A DNA stretch of 64,000 nucleotides, taken from contig OZ024743.1 in NCBI GenBank assembly GCA_964016885.1, forward strand, positions 192,758,001 through 192,822,000. The letters are read 5' to 3'. This DNA is from Eledone cirrhosa (lineage: Eukaryota). The number at the start of each line of letters is the position of its first letter. The first letter of the stretch is position 1. Both the position numbers and the translations under genes were made by a program. Below, one piece after another: positions 54,504-64,000 of this stretch. Below the pieces are notes generated by a model. The model was not told the origin of the DNA, made no database searches, and saw nothing but the letters and a program-made list of their open reading frames with translations.

Positions 54504-56356
54504 GACACACACACACATACTCTCTCTAAGCTGAGTTCAAACACTAACATTTGTCTTAACCACATAATCTGTTTAAGCACACACACTCACAAATACAAAT
54601 ACATGTACCACACACATACAGATACACAGTTATGGAGAGTTGGTTTAGTAATCGTGGATGTGTTTATAGTAATATAAATATGTTGACATAGTATAAAGGT
54701 AACCGTTAACCTGCCAATGTATCATTCATATTTGAATAGAAAATTCAAGAATAAGCTTTATAATATTCTATGTGTGCATATACGTAATTGAAGGCGTTCC
54801 TAGGCTTTCAGGTATTTCTGGTGCTTCAATCTTTCACCCTACAGCAGCAGCTAAAGAAAAACGTTTTCCTGTTCTTGCGGTGCCTCTAGCTTATGAATCA
54901 GCCAAGTCAAGTTTATGAATAATACAGCCATACAGCTACGTTTAATGGTTAGGGTATTGGGCTTACAATCATAAGGTCGTGAGTTCGATTCCTGGATAGA
55001 GTGACAATTGTAACCCTGAGCAAGGCACTTTATCTCACGTTGTTTTAGTCCACTTAGCCGGGGAAAAATGAGTTGCAACGACATTTGTGTTAAGCTGTAC
55101 CATCGGCCATTGCCTTTCCCTTGTACAAAATTGGTGGCATGGAAACGGGTGATTGGCATGAATAGGCGGGTGATTGCTGGTCTACCACAAAGCACCGTCC
55201 TGGCTTGCGACTTGAAGAGGAACTTTCCGGGTGCAAACCCACAGTCACGTCAGGCATATCTAGACAGAAAAATAAATTGATTTGCCGTCGATTTCGACGA
55301 TGTCTATCCCAATAGTTCGATCAACCAAACCTGTCACCCAATAATTGTACCCCGATGATTTTGTCTGAGAATTTCGTTAAGTGGTAGAAGTGTCTGGGGA
55401 ATACTCAACTAAAAGTCTAAAGTCTGTCTCGAACAGAGTTGCAGAAACTTTTTTCTCAATAGTATCAAAAACTTAGCTTAAAAAGTACAAAATCCAATTA
55501 CCCCCTCCCATATACTTCCTACGTCCTAACACTCCATCCTGAATTTAGCTTAGACAAAAAGTCATTGAAAGCATGAGGACCGATCATATTTGAAAAATAT
55601 ATACACGCCCCTTTAGTTTTTGCGCATTTGGTGTCTTTGGCAACATTTTAATCAGAGCATACGTTGACAATAAAGCCAAGTAAATGACCCAAAATAGCAA
55701 TGGATAGATTGTGCTCAACAATAAATCCGCAGTTTCAGCTCAGCTGATGCTGTATTCGTTAGATGAGCAGAACATTGAGCAAGCGTTATGAAATCAGTCT
55801 CTTCACTGTTTGTTTCGCTACTTTCGCATTCTTTCGGTGCTTTTCTGTTTCTTTATACTTTACTACTTGACTTAAGCTACTAGTTATCTCACAATTGCAC
55901 AATTTACAGTAGTCTTTACTTGCGTTCTTTTTATTCAATTCCAACCACGATGAACATTTCTCATCGTTTAATAATTTTGACGGAACTTTGCTTTCATAGA
56001 AAGTAGATTTCAGTTTTTTCTTCTGAGTGTCATTTTCGTCACTATCAGAATGTTATTCTATATTCTCTATTTTCGTCTCATGATGGATACAAGACGTGTT
56101 TAAAAAACCCAAAACAGTTCAGATATTGAAAGATGACATCCTCAAAGCAAACTGCACGTCGTGACACAATTGCTTAAACTGAACTGATACGGTATCTTCC
56201 AATAATTCGCCTTAATCTATCTATATTTAGACGTCCTTGCATTCTGTCGGTGGAAACTACTCAAGTAAAACGTCCACTGATCGATTGTGAGTGAATGGTG
56301 CGTTATTATTGGTTACCAGGATAACACAGACGTTGGCTACTGATTTGAAATACTCC

Positions 56357-59300
56357 GCAGAAGAGTATTGATGTCAAGTGAGATCTGACCGGCAGTAGAA
56401 GAGTATTGATGTCAAGTGAGATCTGACGGGCAGCAGAAGAGTATTGATGTCAAATGAGATCTGACGGGCAGTAGAAGAGTATTGATGTCAAGTGAGATCT
56501 GACCGGCAGCAGAAGAGTATTGATGTCAAGTGAGATCTGACGGGCAGCAGAAGAGTATTGATGTCAAGTGAGATCTGACCGGCAGCAGAAGAGTATTGAT
56601 GTCAAGTGAGATCTGACGGGCAGCAGAAGAGTATTGATGTCAAGTGAGATCTGACGGGCAGCAGAAGAGTATTGATGTCAAATGAGATCTGACGGGCAGT
56701 AGAAGAGTATTGATGTCAAGTGAGATCTGACCGGCAGTAGAAGAGTATTGATGTCAAGTGAGATCTGACGGGCAGCAGAAGAGTATTGATGTCAAATGAG
56801 ATCTGACGGGCAGTAGAAGAGTATTGATGTCAAGTGAGATCTGACCGGCAGCAGAAGAGTATTGATGTCAAGTGAGATCTGACGGGCAGCAGAAGAGTAT
56901 TGATGTCAAATGAGATCTGACGGGCAGTAGAAGAGTATTGATGTCAAGTGAGATCTGACCGGCAGCAGAAGAGTATTGATGTCAAGTGAGATCTGACGGG
57001 CAGCAGAAGAGTATTGATGTCAAGTGAGATCTGACCGGCAGCAGAAGAGTATTGATGTCAAGTGAGATCTGACGGGCAGCAGAAGAGTATTGATGTCAAG
57101 TGAGATCTGACCGGCAGCAGAAGAGTATTGATGTCAAGTGAGATCTGACGGGCAGCAGAAGAGTATTGATGTCAAGTGAGATCTGACCGGCAGCAGAAGA
57201 GTATTGATGTCAAGTGAGATCTGACCGGCAGCAGAAGAGTATTGATGTCAAGTGAGATCTGACCGGCAGCAGAAGAGTATTGATGTCAAGTGAGATCTGA
57301 CGGGCAGCAGAAGAGTATTGATGTCAAATGAGATCTGACCGGCAGCAGAAGAGTATTGATGTCAAGTGAGATCTGATGGGCAGCAGAAGAGTATTGATGT
57401 CAAGTGAGATCTGACCGGCAGCAGAAGAGTATTGATGTCAAATGAGATCTGACCGGCAGCAGAAGAGTATTGATGTCAAGTGAGATCTGATGGGCAGCAG
57501 AAGAGTATTGATGTCAAATGAGATCTGACGGGCAGTAGAAGAGTATTGATGTCAAGTGAGATCTGACGGGCAGCAGAAGAGTATTGATGTCAAGTGAGAT
57601 CTGACGGGCAGCAGAAGAGTATTGATGTCAAGTGAGATCTGACGGGCAGCAGAAGAGTATTGATGTCAAGTGAGATCTGATGGGCAGCAGAAGAGTATTG
57701 ATGTCAAGTGAGATCTGACCGGCAGCAGAAGAGTATTGATGTCAAATGAGATCTGATGGGCAGCAGAAGAGTATTGATGTCAAGTGAGATCTGATGGGCA
57801 GCAGAAGAGTATTGATGTCAAGTGAGATCTGACCGGCAGCAGAAGAGTATTGATGTCAAGTGAGATCTGATGGGCAGCAGAAGAGTATTGATGTCAAATG
57901 AGATCTGACGGGCAGTAGAAGAGTATTGATGTCAAGTGAGATCTGACCGGCAGCAGAAGAGTATTGATGTCAAGTGAGATCTGACGGGCAGCAGAAGAGT
58001 ATTGATGTCAAGTGAGATCTGACCGGCAGCAGAAGAGTATTGATGTCAAGTGAGATCTGACCGGCAGCAGAAGAGTATTGATGTCAAGTGAGATCTGACG
58101 GGCAGTAGAAGAGTATTGATGTCAAATGAGATCTGACCGGCAGTAGAAGAGTATTGATGTCAAGTGAGATCTGACCGGCAGTAGAAGAGTATTGATGTCA
58201 AGTGAGATCTGACCGGCAGCAGAAGAGTATTGATGTCAAATGAGATCTGACGGGCAGCAGAAGAGTATTGATGTCAAATGAGATCTGACGGGCAGTAGAA
58301 GAGTATTGATGTCAAGTGAGATCTGACCGGCAGTAGAAGAGTATTGATGTCAAATGAGATCTGACCGGCAGCAGAAGAGTATTGATGTCAAATGAGATCT
58401 GACCGGCAGTAGAAGAGTATTGATGTCAAGTGAGATCTGACCGGCAGTAGAAGAGTATTGATGTCAAGTGAGATCTGACCGGCAGCAGAAGAGTATTGAT
58501 GTCAAATGAGATCTGACGGGCAGCAGAAGAGTATTGATGTCAAATGAGATCTGACGGGCAGTAGAAGAGTATTGATGTCAAGTGAGATCTGACCGGCAGT
58601 AGAAGAGTATTGATGTCAAATGAGATCTGACCGGCAGCAGAAGAGTATTGATGTCAAATGAGATCTGACCGGCAGTAGAAGAGTATTGATGTCAAGTGAG
58701 ATCTGACCGGCAGTAGAAGAGTATTGATGTCAAGTGAGATCTGACCGGCAGCAGAAGAGTATTGATGTCAAGTGAGATCTGACCGGCAGCAGAAGAGTAT
58801 TGATGTCAAGTGAGATCTGACCGGCAGTAGAAGAGTATTGATGTCAAGTGAGATCTGACCGGCAGCAGAAGAGTATTGATGTCAAGTGAGATCTGACCGG
58901 CAGTAGAAGAGTATTGATGTCAAGTGAGATCTGACCGGCAGTAGAAGAGTATTGATGTCAAGTGAGATCTGACCGGCAGTAGAAGAGTATTGATGTCAAG
59001 TGAGATCTGACCGGCAGTAGAAGAGTATTGATGTCAAGTGAGATCTGACCGGCAGCAGAAGAGTATTGATGTCAAGTGAGATCTGACCGGCAGCAGAAGA
59101 GTATTGATGTCAAGTGAGATCTGACCGGCAGTAGAAGAGTATTGATGTCAAGTGAGATCTGACCGGCAGCAGAAGAGTATTGATGTCAAGTGAGATCTGA
59201 CCGGCAGTAGAAGAGTATTGATGTCAAGTGAGATCTGACCGGCAGTAGAAGAGTATTGATGTCAAGTGAGATCTGACCGGCAGTAGAAGAGTATTGATGT

Positions 59301-60232
59301 CAAGTGAGATCTGACCGGCAGTAGAAGAGTATTGATGTCAAGTGAGATCTGACCGGCAGCAGAAGAGTATTGATGTCAAGTGAGATCTGACCGGCAGTAG
59401 AAGAGTATTGATGTCAAGTGAGATCTGACCGGCAGTAGAAGAGTATTGATGTCAAGTGAGATCTGACCGGCAGTAGAAGAGTATTGATGTCAAGTGAGAT
59501 CTGACCGGCAGCAGAAGAGTATTGATGTCAAGTGAGATCTGACGGGCAGCAGAAGAGTATTGATGTCAAGTGAGATCTGACCGGCAGTAGAAGAGTATTG
59601 ATGTCAAGTGAGATCTGACCGGCAGTAGAAGAGTATTGATGTCAAGTGAGATCTGACCGGCAGCAGAAGAGTATTGATGTCAAGTGAGATCTGACCGGCA
59701 GTAGAAGAGTATTGATGTCAAGTGAGATCTGACCGGCAGTAGAAGAGTATTGATGTCAAGTGAGATCTGACCGGCAGTAGAAGAGTATTGATGTCAAGTG
59801 AGATCTGACCGGCAGCAGAAGAGTATTGATGTCAAGTGAGATCTGACCGGCAGCAGAAGAGTATTGATGTCAAGTGAGATCTGACGGGCAGTAGAAGAGT
59901 ATTGATGTCAAGTGAGATCTGACGGGCAGCAGAAGAGTATTGATGTCAAGTGAGATCTGACCGGCAGTAGAAGAGTATTGATGTCAAGTGAGATCTGACC
60001 GGCCACAGAAGAGTATTGATGTCAAATGAGATCTGACGGGCAGTAGAAGAGTATTGATGTCAAGTGAGATCTGACGGGCGGCAGAAAAGTATTGATGTCA
60101 AGTGAGATCTGACGGGCAGTAGAAGAGTATTGATGTCAAGTGAGATCTGACGGGCGGCAGAAAAGTATTGATGTCAAGTGAGATCTGACCGGCAGCAGAA
60201 GAGTATTGATGTCAAGTGAGATCTGACGGGCA
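56357..60232. repeat. 38-bp tandem satellite/minisatellite, about 102 copies
   Basis: Unit AGAAGAGTATTGATGTCAA(G/A)TGAGATCTGA(CC/CG/TG)GGCAG(C/T), head-to-tail with no spacers; copy number estimated as length/38. Confidence 0.97.
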
Positions 60233-60374
60233 AATACATTTAATGGATAGCTTCTCGACGTAAACGTCGCTATAGTTGATGAATGGTCAATCATTAAATG
60301 GCGATTTCAGAATATCAATTAAGCCAAATATACAAAGCAGTTACAATCTCTAACACCTACCAACTTCGGCAGCG

Positions 60375-60652
60375 CTAGTCTCGAGTCCAGAGGCTCATCA
60401 GGTCAGTGCTTTGCCCGGTTTCTATGGCGTGAAGCGACATAGAATGCACTACTCCCCCCTGGACAGGACACCAGTCCATCGCAAGGTTAAACCCCCAGCT
60501 ACTGCTGGTACTCATTTTCAGCTGAGTATACTGGAGCAACTTGAAATGAAGTGTTTGCTGAAGAACACATCATACAACCCAGCCTAGGAATCGAACACAC
60601 GACATTATGATCGTAAGTCCAACACCAGTTACCACTAGGCCACGTGCCTCCA
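60375..60652 (-). mobile_element. SINE with a V-domain-like central block
   Basis: tRNA-like head, then CCTTGCGATGGACTGGTGTCCTGTCCAGGGGG, resembling the V-SINE domain (recognised from memory, not searched). Confidence 0.55.
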
Positions 60653-61767
60653 CTTGGAATACTCAACCGCTTATACTATAATTTGATGAATAGGCAGTTT
60701 AGTTGATTGAAAAACACTGGAATGGGATAGACTTTCGTCGGTTTCGACGATGATTATTCTAATTATCGATCAACGGATCAGTTTTCTCATGATTTTAACG
60801 TGGCTGAGCATTCTATAGATACGAGAACTCTTAACATACTTCTCTTGGAGATTTATCGTGATATAGTGTGTGACATGCCTGGCCCATTGAATTACAGGTA
60901 CAGTCTATCCGACTGGAACACACAACGACGAAACCAGATTCAATTACCTGATTCAACCACTGTTACGAGCCAACGAGAGAAACTCTACACTAGGCTTAGA
61001 TAACCTTTTTCGAGTAGTGGGCCATAGTATGTGTCTAATCATATGGTGGCCACCCTACAAAAACTTCAAAGCGGTTTTGAAATTACGTGTGCTATTCAGA
61101 AAGCCAAACGAGCGCACTTTGCCCATGACTGCTCTACACTCTCGTACAGCTTGCTAGAAATAGCAGTTAAATTTCCCTTAAATGTAGATACTCAAGACAT
61201 GCAAAAAGACAATACAGACACCACTGAAATGCCCTTGGTTTTAGAAAAATATAACCGATCATGGCTGATCTGATGTTCAACAACAACAACAGCAATAGTA
61301 ACATCTACTACTTCTACTAATCTTCTATGACTCATAATTGTTTCTACGTTAGGCACAAGGCCAGCAATTATCCAGTGTATTACTGGTACTTTATTTTATC
61401 GACCTCGTAAGGATGAAAGGCAAAGTTAACCTCGGCGAGATTTGAACTCAGAATGGCAAGGGCCGTAACTCTATGCGTCAAAGCATGGCGTCCGACCCTC
61501 TACCAATACTGCCAATCCACCGCCTATGACTCATAATGAACATTTCTGCACTAACCTTCAAATTAAGGGAAGAATGAAAACGATGCTACAGGCACGCATC
61601 CTTTTCAGACTGACAACAAAACAATTAGAAGTAGCAGAAATCAGCTTCCTTGTCTATTCAGACTCTTGCCCCACTAACTCTCTTTCTCACCTCTCTTCTC
61701 TCTCCCCCACCCTCACTCACATTTAACTAACGAGAAACTTGTAGAAATATAAGTTATCAAGAGGCAC

Positions 61768-61832
<65 letters not shown>

Positions 61833-61837
61833 TCGTT

Positions 61838-61919
<82 letters not shown>

Positions 61920-61927
61920 GTGCCTCT

Positions 61928-63376
61928 TGACCAAGTCCAACCTGCCCCAGTGGGAGAACAGCGACTCCGTAATTAAGTGGTTTAACTCCTTAAAATCCAA
62001 AAAAGCGAAGTTCACACAGTTTGACAATGTCGATTTTTACCCGTCGATCTCAGAGACTCTGTTAAACAAAGCGTTGGACTTCGCTACCACTTATACCACC
62101 GTCGATGGTTTAGACAGAGAAATCATCGCTCACTGCCGGAAAAACCCTCCTCCTCAACGACGGAGTAGCCTGGGCAAAGAAGTCTACATCTTCAGACCTG
62201 TTCGACGTTTCCATGGGATCGTTTGACAGTGCTGACGTATGTGACTTGGTTGGCCTTTTTATCTTAGACATATTACGTGTTAGATTCCAGGACTTCCACA
62301 CGGGAATATATCGTGACGATGGACTGACTTTATCGAGCCATAGAAGTGGTCACGACCTCGACCGGTTTAAAAAAGACTTAGCTTAGTTAGGTCTGAGGAT
62401 AACAGTAGCCACCAACCTCTCTAGCATAGATTTCTTAGACATTAATTTAGACCTTCGCACACACACTCACAGACTCTTCCATAAGCTAAACGAGAAACTT
62501 AATTACATTCACAAGGACTCATGCCACCCTCCCACTGGTTTTAGAAACTTCGTTAAGAATATCAGTACTAGAATCTCAAACCTCTCCTCTAATAAGGTTA
62601 TCTTTGACAGGGCGGCACCCTACTATAACACGGCGTTAACTAACAGCGGCTTCTCACAACTTATCACCTACTCTCCCACTAGCAACAACACCATTAAGAA
62701 AAGTAAGCGCATCAGTAGACAAACTATCTGGTTCTCTCCTCCCTTCTCACTCAACGTTAAAACTAATGTAGGAACAAAATTTCTAGCATTCTTAGATAGA
62801 CACTTCCCCATAGGTCATAAATACCGCTCCATCTTTAACCGACACGAAGTTAAACTAGGATACTCCTGCGTTAAGAACATGAAGGCCCACATCACCAGCA
62901 GCCCTAGGAGCAACACCCCACCAGGGTGCTCTTGCCGTAAGCCTGAAGCTTGCCTCCTTCAACAGCACTGCAACAGACCAGCTGTAATCTATGAAGCTGT
63001 GGTCACTTCCAACCGACCAAATGAACCACAGAAGGTCAAATCCTATGTGGGCATGGCGGAGGGCCGATTCAAGGAACGTTTCCTGAACCACCAGTCTACT
63101 TTCAGATACCCGGACAGACGTTCATCCACGAAACTCGCGCGCCACGTATGGTCCTTCAAGGACTCAGGTATAGACTACTCCATTCAATGGAAAACCATCA
63201 CTAAGTCCAAGCCATACGCAAGGGGAAATCCGACGTGTGGCTTATGTATTGACGAACGAATAATTATTCTAATAAGATTACGCAATAGTGATTGCCTAAA
63301 CACGAGAGGTGAATTTTTCACACGTTGTCCACACGTCGCCAAACACCTATTGCATAAGTACAAGGCTCCGGACTGA
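61928..63376 (+). pseudogene. Disrupted PLE RT/GIY-YIG ORF
   Basis: [10 protein letters not shown] (motif A); frameshift near 62140; [13 protein letters not shown]; GIYRDDG; in-frame TAG at ~62384; then open through FLDI, CSCRKPEACLLQQHC, VIYEA...SYVGM, HVW and CGLC. Confidence 0.9.
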
Positions 63377-63538
63377 TTCTTTGTAATTTTATTTTCAACC
63401 TAAAAACTTTTCGGACTTTCGCAGTTGTTCCCTTACACCTCTTGCACGCAGTCTAGTATTGCCTGTGTGAAGGGACCGGGTTTCTGCGCATGCGCGTTCG
63501 TACGGTTGTCCTTCCTGTTTCTATAACCATGCCCATTT

Positions 63539-63576
63539 CGAGCTGAAGTTCCACTAAGGTGAAACAGTTGTTCTCG
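63539..63576 (+). ncRNA. Degenerate hammerhead motif at the 3' end of the second PLE
   Basis: CGAG-CTGAAGT-TCCACTAAGGT-GAAA-CAGTTG-TT-CTCG; core position A9 mutated. Confidence 0.55.
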
Positions 63577-63604
63577 GTATGGTGAACTAACTGTTGTGTA
63601 ACCA

Positions 63605-63652
<48 letters not shown>

Positions 63653-64000
63653 AATACTGTTGGCTTCTTGCTACAATACTTTCTATACCTTTCATTTATA
63701 TATATATAAATATAAATTTACCGAGAATCGCATTTCGGCGGGTAGAAATTAGCTAAACGCAACTGTATATGTATGTATATATATATATATATATAAATCA
63801 GGAAAGAAAGTTGACATGGTTTGCTATACAAAAAAGGTTTTTAATCTCATAGCTGACAATTGTTTCTCTGAACTGGTAGGTCTAGAGATCGCTATTCGCT
63901 TATTTTCACGTTACTCGATCGCCAATACAAAATTATAACCAGTCAGATCTTCGGAGCATGCGAGAATGAAGAGAATACACAGGCAAGAAAAGAATATACA

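Larger units (their letters stand above)
61928..63607 (+). mobile_element. Second, degenerate Penelope-like element (different family, same clade) in (TA)n
   Basis: RT and GIY-YIG coding remnants, a 3' UTR with a hammerhead-like motif, and (TA)n on both sides. Confidence 0.92.

Noticed and set aside
56357-60232. CRISPR array, coding repeat or C/D snoRNA cluster
   Set aside because: No unique spacers, no cas genes and a eukaryotic context; 38 is not a multiple of 3 and stop codons recur; TGATGT...CTGA is a poor box C with too short a spacing.

Overview
Eukaryotic, repeat-dominated, essentially intronic DNA. The SINE families and extreme (TA)n/(CATA)n density suggest an octopus or other coleoid cephalopod (inference). 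The only convincing host coding sequence is one 149-bp minus-strand exon (7712-7860) encoding the C-terminal half of a PDZ domain of PDZ-LIM/Zasp type. The rest comprises tRNA-derived SINEs, RTE/CRE/Tx1-type LINE fragments, an internally deleted RTE-like family tandemly arrayed in (CATA)n, DNA-transposon MITEs, a ~3.9-kb 38-bp satellite, and two Penelope-like elements (RT plus C-terminal GIY-YIG). The most striking signal is a set of hairpin (fold-back) insertions in (TA)n microsatellites. Several carry hand-foldable type I hammerhead ribozymes, some with non-canonical cores. In five of them the symmetry axis falls in hammerhead stem II, suggesting a ribozyme-structure-guided, twin-primed integration route. 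Almost all ORFs in the supplied track are microsatellite artefacts. All folds and alignments were done by eye.
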